Part shown: positions 1-13,222 of the stretch, one piece after another
How positions within the stretch are numbered: the first letter of the stretch is position 1
Layout: each line of letters begins with the position of its first letter
Assembly: GCA_043228905.1 (NCBI GenBank)
Contig: JBHGNT010000011.1
Coordinates: 3,534,001-3,598,000 of the forward strand
Origin: Azolla caroliniana
Taxonomy: Eukaryota; Plantae; Polypodiophyta
Direction of reading: 5' to 3'
DNA length: 64,000 nucleotides
The notes under the pieces: generated by a model
The model's input: the letters and a program-made list of their open reading frames with translations, nothing else
Told to the model about the DNA's origin: nothing
Databases searched by the model: none
Translations under genes and position numbers: made by a program

Positions 1-128
1 TGTGCATAGGACAATGGAGTTAACAGATACTGAATTCTTGTTTTGAATCATGTTCAAACTTGATTCCTCTATTATGTTTGCCTATGTAGAAAATTCTCGT
101 GTAAAAAACATATTAATGCATCACATAG

Positions 129-182
129 TTCTACCGAAGGCAGATTAATGCATTGATGATTGTAGATATGGACAATCCTAAG
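129..182 (+). CDS. Possible penultimate exon of an unidentified gene entering from the left (FYRRQINALMIVDMDNPK)
   Basis: A 54-nt open segment between an acceptor (cacatAG, 127-128) and a donor (AG|GTATGT at 183). It splices in frame to 1028-1072. I recognise no homolog. Confidence 0.35.
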
Positions 183-1027
183 GTATGTCCATATATGCAA
201 GTTGATGGCATTTCCAGGAGAAATCCATGTATGACTGTTCAACTTATTCGTTTATTCCATTTTTTTATTTTCTATGCTCTTCACTTCCATATATACATAA
301 TTACTCCTTTCTATTTGCATTTGTTAGCATTTCATTTGGATTCATGTGGCCTTTCTTCAAGTCCTTTCCCTACTATCGTGATACTCGCAGAATGCTTTTG
401 TAATCATCGGAACATCGACATTGCAGCACTTGATGTGCTGAAATGTCAGTTGATTTGTTAACTTGTGATTCATTTAAATTCCAACTGGTTATGTTATATA
501 TATAACTTACTGACTGTTCTTGCTTAAAGCTTACTACCTTGTTAGGAAGTATTGCTTTTATTTCCTTATTTTACACCAGACAACTTTACCTCAGAGTTCA
601 CTTGCCAATGTAAGGTATATGAAGCTTACTGAATATTGTTTGTTAACGGAGGACCCACATGAAACCCATTCATCATACAACTCATACCAATGCTGCGTTA
701 ATAAAGATGACTGAAAGAATTAAGGGTCCATCCATCATGAAGGGTCCCACTCAACTAGGTTACTGTTTGTCAACCAGGTTGAAATATGAGTTCACAGTGG
801 AGTGGGCCCTTCGGGAATTAGTTACAAACAAATCCTTTTGTTTTGTCACCTCTTTAATGATTTATATAATCAGAAATCTTTTAACACATTACCATACATG
901 GTTGAGAAAGCTTTATGCATGTTTTATGTTCAAGATGATCCAAACGTTTTGCTCTTCCAACATTATGTATTTGCATAATCATACATAGATAATGGTGAGC
1001 AACCTGATTTACATGATACTGTTGCAG

Positions 1028-1072
1028 ATTAGGAGACTGTCAGTAACTGAAATTCTAGGTTGTAGGGTTTAG
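1028..1072 (+). CDS. Possible terminal exon (IRRLSVTEILGCRV*) of the same unidentified gene
   Basis: Acceptor tgttgCAG ends at 1027, the frame is open to TAG at 1070-1072, and AT-rich UTR-like sequence follows. Based on splice signals only. Confidence 0.3.
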   Translation: MRRLSVTEILGCRV

Positions 1073-1503
1073 GCTACTTGTGACAGATGTTTCCTCAAGG
1101 ACACAAGACTAGAAGTTGGTAGATGACACATAGATGGTATACGTCTATTCTACTTCAATGTTAAAATCTTAAGACTGTTTTCATCAACTTAACATTGCTT
1201 TTATACATAAGACTTAGCTAACATTTCATCTCATAACAATTAGGCTTTGTCAATTGATCTATAATGCTTTCTATACTCAAGCAAGGGAGAATTGAATCGT
1301 TAAGTTATACACACACAGAGCCAAACTCCAAAAGTGTCCAAAGTTATTAACCATGATCACACACATAAACAGCAGATGAGAGTGAACATTCCAAACTTCC
1401 AGCCCTTGCAGATCCCAAATATTTATATTCCTGATCATAGGCTCAGAACGCACAGGAGATAATTAGCCAAATACAAAAAAAGAAAATGCCACAATCTTGC
1501 AAG

Positions 1504-1630
1504 CAGGACGTGCAAAATCTTGCAATTGGGCAAATTGATCAATCAGGACATGCCAAATCTTGCAATTGGGTTAATCGATCAATCAGGACAAGGAAAACCT
1601 TCCAATTGGGCTAATTGATCTATCAGGACA
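1504..1630. repeat. 40-bp tandem repeat, ~3 copies
   Basis: CAGGAC recurs at 1504, 1544, 1584 and 1624, with shared ...TTGCAATTGGG..AATTGATCAAT between. Confidence 0.85.
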
Positions 1631-2132
1631 TCATTTTGAAAGCAGTTCAACAAGGCTCCAATGAAGTAGATGAAGGCATTCAAGCAAAAACCAGAACAGT
1701 GCGGCCTCAGAGAGAAGAGTGAGTAGTAGCATCAATGTTGAGCCTGCATGTGCATTGTCTTAATCAAGTGCAAGCTATGCACATCCAACACATAAAACCA
1801 CACTCAATCCAGCAGCATTCAGTATCAGGACCTGCACATTAACGCATAATACTCCTAATTTACTCGATCCAAGGTGAGGAAAAGCACCTCACAAACTTTA
1901 ACTTAGAAGGCATATATATATATATCCAAATCATAAGGCATATGGTGCCACCACAGATGCACATTAGCACCCGGCATATCCAGTTGAATCTCATATAATT
2001 ATCTCGCTGTAGATCATCAGAGGAGGGCACTGATTAATCGGGTATCGATTCGATTAAGTAGTTTCCTAATGCACGGAGCCGGCAAGGTACCATGCAGACT
2101 CCAAAAGGGATAGACGATCGGTGTATTAAGGT

Positions 2133-2312
2133 CCCAAAACCCTAAGGAGCAGTTTTGTTAAGGCACCCTAAAACCCTAGACAGCAGTTTTGTTAAGGCAA
2201 CCCAAAACCCTAGAGGGCAGTTTTGTTAAGTCACCCCAAACCCTAAGGAGCAGTTTTGTTAAGGCACCCTAAAACCCTAAACAGCAGTTTTGTTAAGGCA
2301 CCCAAAACCCTA
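2133..2312. repeat. 33-34-bp telobox-containing minisatellite abutting the RLP stop codon
   Basis: AAACCCTA occurs at 2137, 2171, 2205, 2238, 2272 and 2305, separated by GCAGTTTTGTTAAGGCACCC-like spacers. Confidence 0.9.
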
Positions 2313-3767
2313 GAGCATGAATAGAGCAGCCACGATTGAGGCGAGGAGTGGCGAGGTGCCCCCGGAAGTGAGATCGATCCGAGAGCTGGAGCCTGTCTCT
2401 CTCTCAAAAGCCCAAGCTGCAGAGAACGTGTCCTGTGGAAAGAAGTGCGATGCATCATCCATGGGGCAGGGATGGGCGCCCACGATGTGTCCGGACAAGA
2501 TCTGGACCCAATCGGAGGCCACGCAGAGGCCCGGATTGCCGCCGATCAGGAGGTTTCGGCCCAGCCGTTGGATCGTCTCCGGCGGGAAAGGCAGCATTCC
2601 GACGAGCCTGTTGTTTCTGAGGTCCACCCTGTAGAGGCGAGGGAGGCTCCCAAACGCCAATCCGATGCCGCCTCTCAGAGAATTGTTGCTCAGATCCAGC
2701 GACGACAGGCTGAGCAGGTGCCCTAGCGATGGCGGCAATCGCCCACCAAGGCGGCAGCCAGGGATGGACAAGCGGCGCAGGCCGCCCATGGCCGCCCACA
2801 TGTCCGGGAGATCCCCGCCCAAATCAGGGTTCATCCCCATCTCTAGAACCCTCAGATTGGAGAGCCTCCCAAGCGACGCTGGAACGCCTCCCGTGAAGCT
2901 GTTATGGCTGAGATCAAGGAGCTCTAGCTGGGCGGCGCCGCCGATCCCCGGCGGAATAGGGCCCGACAGCCCATTCCAGCTCACGTCCAGCTTGCGCAGC
3001 GACCCCAGGCCGCCCAGCTCCTCCGGAAGAGAGCCATGGAGGCTGTTGCCTCGCAGGTCCAGGATTTTGAGCTCCTGCAGAGAACCAATGGCCGCCGTCG
3101 GGAGGATTCCAGTCAGCCCATTCTCGCTCAGCGCCGCCTCCTCCAACCGCCGCAACCGCCCGATCTCCTGCGCTATGGGGCCCCGCAGCCGCGGATTGCG
3201 GACCACCACCAATCTCTCGAGCCTCCTCAGCCGCCCGATGGAGGCAGGCACGCCGACTCCTGTAAGCGCAGGGTTGTCCAGGAGCACGAGATGGGACAGC
3301 GTATCGGAGACGGCGGCGATGACCGGGCCAATGTCCGCCTCCGCCTGGAGGAAGCAGCGGTAGAACATGAGCTTCTTGAGGAACCTGAGGCGGCGGAGGG
3401 CCGCCACGTTGACGGAGGCGGCGGCGCCGCAGGCGGCGTTGTTGTCGTTGTCGGCGACCCACCCCAGGCTGAGCTCCACCACATGGAGAAAGGTATCATT
3501 ATTGTTGTTGTTAGGGTTGGCGTCGCAGGCCAGGCCGTGGGGCCCGTAGAGGCAGAGGTTGTTGTGGGGGTGCAGGGCTCGCCATGGCACGCCGCCGTTG
3601 ATCGATTCTAGGATGCGGTACACCGCTTCCGATTCGACAGGGTCCATCTCAGGGACGGCAGCAGCGCCGCCGCCGTAATCTGGTTGCGACATGCCATGGC
3701 CGGCTGCCGATAACAGCAGGATCATCATCAGTATGAGCAGGATCGATGAGCAGGGAGGGCACGCCAT
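2310..3767 (-). CDS. LRR receptor-like protein, RIC7/PII-2/TMM-related family (no kinase domain)
   Basis: 485-aa intronless GC-rich ORF with a signal peptide. The N-cap MDPVESEAVYRILESIN..W....C...PHGLACD...HVVELSLGW......C...LRFLKKLMFYRCF matches my recollection of At4g28560 (RIC7)/PII-2/TMM N-termini. It has ~10 plant LRRs (LxxLDLSxNxLxGxIP), a GNPGLC C-cap and a hydrophobic C-terminus. Confidence 0.93.
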   Translation of the reverse strand: MACPPCSSILLILMMILLLSAAGHGMSQPDYGGGAAAVPEMDPVESEAVYRILESINGGVPWRALHPHNNLCLYGPHGLACDANPNNNNNDTFLHVVELSLGWVADNDNNAACGAAASVNVAALRRLRFLKKLMFYRCFLQAEADIGPVIAAVSDTLSHLVLLDNPALTGVGVPASIGRLRRLERLVVVRNPRLRGPIAQEIGRLRRLEEAALSENGLTGILPTAAIGSLQELKILDLRGNSLHGSLPEELGGLGSLRKLDVSWNGLSGPIPPGIGGAAQLELLDLSHNSFTGGVPASLGRLSNLRVLEMGMNPDLGGDLPDMWAAMGGLRRLSIPGCRLGGRLPPSLGHLLSLSSLDLSNNSLRGGIGLAFGSLPRLYRVDLRNNRLVGMLPFPPETIQRLGRNLLIGGNPGLCVASDWVQILSGHIVGAHPCPMDDASHFFPQDTFSAAWAFERETGSSSRIDLTSGGTSPLLASIVAALFML

Positions 3768-3783
3768 GAAATCGGATCAGAAC

Positions 3784-3961
3784 GGATTGGAGTGGATACT
3801 TTGGCTAACACTGGATTGGATTGGATGGGATTGGATAGGATTGGAGGATGAAACTGGGATTGGCGTAGATTGGATTGGATCAGAGGCTTGAATTGAATCA
3901 TACATACATGTATTGGAATGGAATGGGATTGGAATTGGAATGGAATGGAATGGAATGGAAT
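3784..3961. repeat. (GGATT)n/(GGAAT)n pentamer repeats in the probable 5' UTR of the RLP
   Basis: Visible runs ggattggattggatgggattgg and ggaattggaatggaatggaatggaatggaat. Confidence 0.8.
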
Positions 3962-5419
3962 GCAGAGGAGGAGGAGGAGGTAATAGGTATACAGAGTGTG
4001 AGAGATCCCGGGGGATTAGTTATGAATGGAGAGCTGCGAGAGTAAATGTTAAGAGAGGTGGGGGGGCCTATGTGTAGGTGTAGGTGTAGGTGTAGGTGGA
4101 ATGGCGTAGCTCTAACTGTAGCTGTAGCTGTAGACATGGTTATTTGTAGAGCCCCTCAGTTGAAAAACAGTAGAAGAGGCAGAAAGAGACAGACAGACAG
4201 AGTCTACTAGTCTAGTATGTATGTATGTATGTTTGTATGTATTAGTAGTTTGTAGTGTATGTATGTGTGTATATACGTATTAGTAGTAGTGTCTGAATGT
4301 GTGTATATATGTATTAGACTTTAGTACTAGTGTATGTATGTAATGTATGTATTAGTAGAAGTGTATGTATGTATGTATGGGCTAGTAGAAGTGTATGTAT
4401 AGGTCAAAATGACTCATCGCCACCATCACAACTACTCCTACTAACTACAAATTACTACTTTTGTCCAATGTACTACATACATACTAACTACTAAACTAAT
4501 AGCTACTACTATCACCACCAGCACCACTACCCTATAGCTAGCTAGCTATGCTTTGCTTAGCTTAGGTTAGGTTACCTGCAAATCAATCTACTATGTACTA
4601 TGTAGATATAAGACCCTAAAACCATTTGCACACCACATGCATGCATCTTCATGTCGTGGGCTACATATGTATATGTACCTTCCAAACCTACCTAGGCTTA
4701 CATACATACATATACACATATATATGTACACATACATACATAACATACACACACACATACTACATAGACATGCATATGTACATACTCTTATTATGTGTGT
4801 GCATGCCTCGCTGCATATCCAACATATAATGTGGGTAAGAAAGACTCTATAAGTCCTTCTCTATCGCGACATCTTTGATGGAAGTCCCACCCGTGCGGGG
4901 CAAGATTTCTCAATGAAGGATCGATCCCGAGGGGACACTCCTTCTAGAACGTGAAGCACATTCCGTAACCTTCACGCGACAAATTGATCCGTGCCTAAGA
5001 CTTAAACTAGAGATGCGAGACATATATGTACATATACCTCCTGAGTCCCACCTAACCCACCCCCGGGATGATGAGACACAAAGACAAAGATTTGTGTACA
5101 AAAAAACATTATGGTGATGAGGTCATTACATCAAGGTGGGTGGCCAAGTATGTATGTATGGTAGTACATATGTGTGATGATGGGATGGGAAGGAGAGGGG
5201 TGGCCAAAACAAGGACAAACAATTTCTCATCATGATTGCTACAACACACACACTTGCATTACCCCCATCATCTATGTATACATATATGTATGTACATAAA
5301 TATATGTGTGTCTAAACATGTCACTCACACCACATATGCAATATCTCCTCTCTCAATGTGTGTGACTTGGGTGTGTACATTGTCTCTCACACATGAGAAT
5401 GAGTAAATCATGGAAGTAG

Positions 5420-5420
<1 letters not shown>

Positions 5421-5485
<65 letters not shown>
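5421..5485. repeat. (TG)n microsatellite
   Basis: Direct read. Confidence 0.95.
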
Positions 5486-5486
<1 letters not shown>

Positions 5487-8400
5487 TGTTAGCCCTAATT
5501 TTGTCTAGGGTTTCTTGCTAGGTCCTATAACATTCTCAAAATATTTGTATTGGTCAATAGTCAATGTGGGTTTAGGGTTTAGGTGCATGTGATTAGAATG
5601 AATTGGAGATCTAATGTGTGGATCATACATTATCACTCCGTCGTCTTTTTTCCTCCTCCATGTCTTTGTTTCCTCAAGCATATTTTTGCGTGTTTCATAT
5701 TTTGGCTGATGTACCAAAATGTTATTTATGGGGCACATAAAGTTGTACCTTGTTCATGACACATGGGAGTACACGTCCTAGAATACAAAATAATGAACTA
5801 GACAGAGGTTATGCCATCAACTAGTCAACAATTTATCAACATGACACACAATTTCTACAATCGTTGATCATCGCCATGGGCAACTAGTAAGAAATAATGT
5901 ATGTCACCGCTCGTTAGTTTTGGTAAATGGTTATATTCAGGCACATTTGATATTATCATCTTTCACGTGCAAACTGTACATATTTTACACAACTTCCGCA
6001 AATGGTCAACAACATGGGCATAAAAAAATACAACTAAGAATGGTACACTTTTCATGTAACAATTTTGTTGTTTCTCGGTTAACATTCTATTATTCTACCA
6101 CCACTCTTTGAAAATAGCCAGCCATACTAATGGAGTACAATAGAAAATCAACTGTCACGATCTTCAACGAAAAAATGTAAAGCTTGTACAATGACAAAAC
6201 CAAAACCTCCGTATTCTTGCGAAAGCAATAAATTTTGATATGGAGTTTAACCATCCAAATAACAACTTTCGGAACAACTTAGAAAAGTGATTTCCAAGCG
6301 ACACATTGGAATGCAAAATTTTATTGCGGATCGAAAGAGGAGAAGTGAATAGTGGAAACCTGACATACACAATGTGATATTAATATATGCATTATCAATA
6401 AGTTGTGTACGGTAAGACACAAGCTCTCAAGATTTCAATGACCAAGCCAATGGGGGCATGGGCACTTTGTATGAAATCTAGACTTCTCTGCTATCATTGC
6501 TACCTTGTTTTAGCTACTTAATCATTGCATCATGCATAATGAGGTTTCATGTATATCGTATCATTGACACATCCTCTTGAACCTCTCACCCCTTCCCACA
6601 TTATAAAGAACTACTCTAGACAAAAAATAGTATAGGAACTATAAATAGGTGGTGCCATTAAATTAAGTGGACTAGTTTTTTTGCACTCTTCTATATTCAC
6701 CTAAAGTACCCATAATTCGTGAATATATACTTCGAGATTTCTTACTTGCATCTAAAAGGAATTCACTTGTTTTCATTAAAAAACCGTTGATCATGTTCAA
6801 GCGAGTTGTGTTACGCCCATATTTTCATACATTTCATGGTGGGCCAATGTTGTGTCGTGCAGTATATCCTTATGCATTTGGGCCGTGCACACTTAGTTGT
6901 CATCAACTTCGTATAATTTGTTTGTGCATATATACATTAAGGGTGGAGGGCCGAGGCTTAACATGCGTACATTTAACAGAAAAAGGTGGTGGATACCATG
7001 GAGTTACTTATGATTTCTTTTCGAAACACACACATATGTTATTATTAATTATTAGTTTACACCCACCGCAAGAGAACGGACACAAACTCCCACGTTATCT
7101 ACTCATGTTTTTCGAGACATGTATATACATATTATTTTTATGTACTAGGAGAGGCCAAAGCATAATCTACAAAATGGGGTTGTGCCCATGGGGCAAGGAA
7201 CCAAACTTGGGTTGTCTCAAATGTATGGCTTCCATTGCTGTGGTGTGCATCACCAAACCAATAACCAAAGAAGATGATCGATCGCTCACCTTCCTTTGAA
7301 CAAAAAAAAATTCAATGGGTGACACCATCAATGATTCTTAGCAACATGGAGACGACATAGTTGCGGCTTGCAACTGATCTAGTCTCGAATGGAGAAAACA
7401 AGTTGTCACCAAAAAAGAAGGGAATGGAAACGAGTATCGAGTATTGAACTTTCAACATTTACGAGTGGTAGCAACAACAACTTTGATTGAATAGAGTTAA
7501 TGTACACAAATACATAAAGGGGGGGGGGGGGGCAAGGGAGTTTTCCATCACACTAGATCATATACATCCAAAAAAATCCTAACAAATAAAAAATAAACAA
7601 AGAATAGCAAATATATAATAATAAAAATAAAGCCCCCCCCCCCAACCATAGGTGTACTCCATCAAATAATTAGTTAGTTAGTTGTTTGTTTGTTTTCATA
7701 CAATGGTGACGGATAACGACCACTAAATTCAATTCACATTATCCATATATATATATATATATATATATATTAGTGGCTCGCAAAAAGAAACTTTTGAAAA
7801 CAAAAATCTAGTGAAAATCCCACCCACAAGTCGACCTCAAGTGACAAGCTACCCCATTGCCCATTAGTCCATTTGTAGGACCCTCTTGTGGTGAATTGTG
7901 TCGATTATCAGTTCGTGCTTAGCTTGTGCATTAATCCATATGATTGCCGATCTGTCCATGTTGGTAAATTTGCTCAGATCACATCCTCCTCTTTCCTTGT
8001 ACACACTTCAATCACAATTTGTAATTCGTCGGGATCTTTTCTTTTTCCCTTCAACGCATCTCAACGAGTTTCCTTTTTCATGCGACGAATGAAATACCTA
8101 GAAATTTATAGAACTTTGTGATAGAAAGTAAGTATATATGTATGCTTCTTTTGGATTTTGTTTAGATTGACCAATGTTTCCATCTCGAAAAAAATAATAC
8201 CATCTTGAAAACTCAAATAATTTAATCGATATCTTCATGGATGCTATCATTCCCCCCCACTTCCTTGGATGATGAGACTTAACTATTTCCTCACATGATC
8301 AAGAATGATCAAACAACCCACCTAGGAGCAATCACCTTTTTCTAGGTGAAATGGCATACTTGGGTCAACGTGGCGGTCAATCAATATATTGTGTGATGGT

Positions 8401-11240
8401 AATGTAATGTTGATCAATTCACTTCAAAAAGTATTAGGTTAGGTAATGGATCACATGTGCTTTAGAGAGTACAATGGAGAAGTAAGCATTTACAAGTTGA
8501 TTCATGTAAAACATGCGTCAAAATAGGATTTGATACATTTGCCCCACTAATAATTTGGAAATAGTTTTTGTAAGTAGACGTCGTAACAATGTTTGACTTG
8601 TGAATTTTCCATTGTTTTCTATGTCCTCTTGATAAAAGCATTGTCTCTTTGTGACCCAAACCTCAACTTGTATTCGTCAACTTAGCATTGATGTTTAACA
8701 CAAGTTAGTTAAAATAACTCCCATGGTTTTGAAGGAGGATAGTGATGCACTCACATTCATTTTACTTCCCTCTTTGGTATCATAACCAACATAGCCATTC
8801 GAAATCAAATAATGCTTTGCATCTAATGCAAAAAAGAAGAGTTGGCATGCAAGGATGTGTAGGTCACAACTACCTTCATATGAAGGTTATCCTTGATATT
8901 TGAGCACATTAAAAAAGATAACACGCAACCTATAGTGACGTGTATAATTTTCCAAGCAGTTTGAAAAAAATGCATCCATGGAGGAGGATCTAGATCATCT
9001 TATATGACATGGGTTAGTTTGGGTATATCTAGGTTGCATGCTCCATTTTCTGTCAACTCCCTTGAAAGCCATTATGTGTGGAGAGGAGAACCTTTGGTGT
9101 AGCATCTTTAGAGGTGCTAATATTCTTCTTTGTTATTTGGTGAATGAGTCTTTATAGGTCCAAGCCATGAAGCAAGGATTTCTCTATTGCGTTTCTTTAC
9201 TATGCATATGTTGACTTATCTCGAGATCTATATTTCTAGCAACCCCTTCAAGGTCTTGTCCTCAACAACAATGTTGCATATTGAAAGAGTTGCCACATTA
9301 ATGCAAACTAAGCATCCATTATTCGGTTATCCAAGCATATCGCCCCAACATTCATGAGGTTTTCTAATGTCATTTCATTTGCGATAAATTTTCACTCGGT
9401 CACGTGAAAAGAATCGGCACTCCCATTTAGCGTATCGAGTATTATCAACATTTTCCCATGGTTTTTACACCAACTTGTGCATACAAGGTTGGGCAAATCA
9501 ATCAGAAAAGCTTATCAAAGTAGGGCATTAAACACGTTGTAAGAACATTAAATACATCATAGCTCGGCGTGAAATAAATACTATTGAGAACATGTGACTT
9601 TTGAAAAAGGGATATTGTCAAAATCTATTCCCTTCTAGTCATAACAATATCTAAGACATGAATCTAAACAATAAGTGGCCGGAATAAAATGCAATGTGAA
9701 TCTTTTCTAGGAACATAATCATTCTACGCAATCATGCATTCTTCATGTAATTATGAGCACAACACAATCATAACGTAATTATTATCTCTATCGAGAATAT
9801 ATGGAAAGATTGATGTAATAGGTTTAATTTGAATTGTCGCTTTTGGTGAAGGATATTTGGTCCATGTGTTGCGTTTCATATTGCCCATAATTTTGGAGAA
9901 TACCTTATATCTTGTGCTTATGGATAGATACTAACAATTAGAATATTTAGATGTAGGGTTTCAATTGATAAAAGGCTAGATAAAATCATCGCCCCCTCAA
10001 GATTTATGCCTATATTGGTCTAGACTTTTGTTTCATCAAACAAAATTATCGAAATGGCTTCTTGTATCATCCCTACTATATTGCAATTTGCCTCTCAACC
10101 TCTATCTAAAGGATAAATGCTTCACTCGCACAATACACATGTATGAGACCTTTACATATTTGTTTTATTCTCTTTTAAAATCAAAGTAGATCCAAGCAGA
10201 AAAGAAATAACTTTCATGTAGGGATCGGAAGGCAATAAACCCGCCCTGCCATCTAGGTTTCACGAAATTACATTGACAATCACTCAAGGTTTCAAAGGTT
10301 TTTCTAAAACATCTTCGATTCTCCATGATTTTCAAGTACCAAAAGTCGGAAGTTACAATACACTCAGGTTGCCATCAAATATCAAACCCAATCTCTTGAG
10401 CCAAAGTTGATAGAAAGAGATGACATCAATATCACTTGCTCTATGATAAAAGACAATCACACATGTGCATTGTGCACTCCACCCACTATCTCTTTAACAT
10501 CTTCTTCGTCCATAGTACATATGACTCACTTGCAACTAAGGGAGACTGCCTTATCCTTGTCTTGTACATGTCCACCTACATCAACACACACACACACACA
10601 CACAACTAGCAACCTTGTCCTTGATGTACTATCATGCACTCACACCTTTTCATGTGGACACATGGGTATCCTCACAATACACCACAAATTTCTTGGTCAA
10701 ACCACTTAGGCCATTGTTTTGAGACCAAAATGTTTTACTAGATTGATAGGTGGCCCTTGGACCATACTACATGCTCCTTCATCGGACGGTGTTCAATAGA
10801 CTTGTAGAAAAGAACGTTATGTTTGTTGAGTTTCAGTAATCAAGATTGATTCATGCATTGGAAGAAGGATGTATCAAACAACAAGAGAGAGACCGACATA
10901 GATGGTTAGCAAGTAAAAGACTAGAGCGAGAACTATAGAAAAACAAAAATGTCACGAGAATGTGATAGATAGATAGACTAATGTCATCATCATCATCTCT
11001 TCATTTATTTTAGACACATGGGACACATCCCTCTCTCTCTCTCTCTGATACTATTACTACCACTACAACAAGTGCTTCTTTGCAAAACAAGAGTACAAAT
11101 CTTTACACAACAAATTTAAAGGTTTACTCTCATGGGGCACTCTCAATTATATTTTTTTAGTAAATAACTCAATCATCCCTCAACAATCACCTCCTTTTCA
11201 GAGTGGATTGTTCAAAATCTCTCTCAAAACCAAGACTTTG

Positions 11241-11242
<2 letters not shown>

Positions 11243-11283
<41 letters not shown>
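11243..11283. repeat. (AC)n microsatellite
   Basis: Direct read. Confidence 0.95.
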
Positions 11284-11284
<1 letters not shown>

Positions 11285-12831
11285 GGTGTATGTACATATG
11301 TATGTATTTATACATGTGTGCACATAGTATGTGTGTGTATGTATGTCATACGTATGTGCATATTATATGTGTTTGTGATGGGGAGCATCATACAAAGTTC
11401 ATATGATTGGGTTTCAAATATCATAGGCTCTGTGCAACATGTGATGTTTGTCTTTCACTTTACGCTTTTGGGGTTTATGGAATATTTGAACTATTGGGAA
11501 TGTGTTCATATTTGTTTCACATTTTGGGGTAGACAAATCATATCGGTTGTTTGGGAGGTTTCCTTATCTAGTGATTAAATATGTTCCTATATGGGTCTAA
11601 TTATAGGGGATCATTTGGCTCCTTGGGGCCATGTCTCGGGTATCTTGGTTACGTGTGTAGTTGTTTTGAAACTTTTGTACAACATACTAATTAATACAAT
11701 TGCCGATCATGAAGAAAGAAGTTAATGTCATTGGAATGTGGCATCATCCCAAGAAGTTTTTTAGAATGATTCACCAACTTGAGACTTACTATGTGTGAGA
11801 GAGAAAGAACCATGGGAGAGACCCAAATATATTTATATGTTGCTAACTTGAAACAAAGAACAACACTCATTTTGAGAGCACCTATCTTCTCCTTAGTGTT
11901 TTTTTATCTTCGACATACTCCTGAATTATAAACTTCTTTAGTAAGATGAGACGATGATGATAAAACTAGTCAATCATATGAAGATTACTACTTTCCTAAG
12001 GATCAATTCTTTATATGTCCCTTGTGAATTATTTCAAAGTGAAATAACCTTTAAAACACTATTAAGAAACTCCTCCCATTGAAGTCCAATATGAATTCAT
12101 CTTGTATGAGAGTTCTAGTGTAGGTGAGCAAAGAAAGCGAATACTCGCAAGAGCAAAACCAACCAACGATGCTAAATAACTTATGGATGACAACAATACC
12201 AAATTAATAGACAAGGAATAACTAACAAAATAGCAACTATGAAATGGTGACTAATGTCAAGCAATAATACTTTTGTTGGGTCTCATAATAGCATGCGGTG
12301 AAGAGTTAGCTAGTATCTCAATGAATCCTCGTTTTTGGTATTCATGTGAGTTTTGCCTGAAATGCAAATGCAAAGGCATCTCGTATAGATTGCACACCAT
12401 TATAAAAACTCTTCCATGTTGAAGTGTTAACTTGATCTTCCTAGTTACTAAAAACATTGTCAAATCACACTCAAGGCTTGGAAACCTTAAAAACCTTCAA
12501 AGCTCCCAAGTTTGTGAAGATTGGCACCAGGTAAATGTAGTTTGCAAAATCTAACAATCATGATGAGCCATCTTTCAGTTTACCCACATGCAATGAGGTA
12601 GACCAATATTTACAAGCAAATAGGATTTGGTAGATAAATATCTATGCAAACAAGATCTTGTTGATAAAAGCATAAGGGAAGGATGACATCAAACAACTTA
12701 ATGGAAACCTCCTAGGCAACAAAAAAGACACATAATGGGTGTTAAGAATTAGGTAAGTAATTAAGCAAGGGTTAATTAGTACCTAATTATGTGATTAGTT
12801 GATAAGTGGAAGATTAAGTGATATGTGTGTA

Positions 12832-12912
<81 letters not shown>

Positions 12913-12990
12913 GTTGACACTTATAAACAACACAAGATGGGGGATGAGTAACTATACATTAAATTAGCATCAACATCATCAAATACAAAA

Positions 12991-13013
12991 TAGGTTCAAC
13001 TCCTACTGCATCG
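12991..13013 (+). other. tRNA 3' end remnant (T-arm plus acceptor strand) at the start of the NUMT
   Basis: TAGG-TTCAACT-CCTA stem-loop followed by CTGCATCG, directly upstream of the rrn26 5' end. Confidence 0.5.
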
Positions 13014-13222
13014 AAAAGAATGCATTGGATGGATGCCTGGGCATTGAGAGGGAAGGACGCTTCCAAAGGCGAAAGGCCATGGGGAGATACCGTCTGTGAT
13101 CCATGGGTTTCCAATCGGGAAACCGTATCCAAGCTTGCTGGGCATGCCGTGTGCTGCGGCTCTGCCTCGGACTTGAGAAACTTAGCGAACTGAAATATCA
13201 TTGTAGCTAAAGGAAAGGAAAT
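13014..13222 (+). rRNA. rrn26: Non-functional nuclear copy (NUMT) of the mitochondrial 26S rRNA 5' region, part 1
   Basis: AAGAATGCATTGGATGGATGCC.GGGCATTGAG..GGAAGGACGCT...GGCGAAAGGCCATGGGGAGATACCGTCTGTGATCCATGG...CGGGAAACCGTATCCAAGC...ACTTAGCGAACTGAAA matches plant mitochondrial LSU rRNA domain I as I recall it. Confidence 0.88.

Noticed and set aside
2133-2312. CRISPR-like repeat-spacer appearance (also 25531-25863)
   Set aside because: The intervening sequences are themselves repeated, there are no unique spacers or cas genes, and the context is eukaryotic.
2317-3611. Several long + strand and alternate-frame ORFs overlapping the RLP
   Set aside because: Shadow ORFs of a GC-rich coding sequence, with no recognisable domains.
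4200-4560. Apparent inverted repeat between TAGTA-rich and TACTA-rich tracts
   Set aside because: Low-complexity microsatellite decay; no sustained pairing could be traced.
6787-7299. 170-aa ORF
   Set aside because: Starts at TTG in AT-rich sequence, with no motif or coding-like composition.
8100-10400. Possible decayed DNA transposon
   Set aside because: I could not identify terminal repeats, a TSD or transposase motifs by eye; needs RepeatMasker or tBLASTn.
13014-13222. Functional rRNA gene or bacterial contamination
   Set aside because: Only ~340 bp, interrupted by a retrotransposon with a TSD and embedded in a plant LTR.
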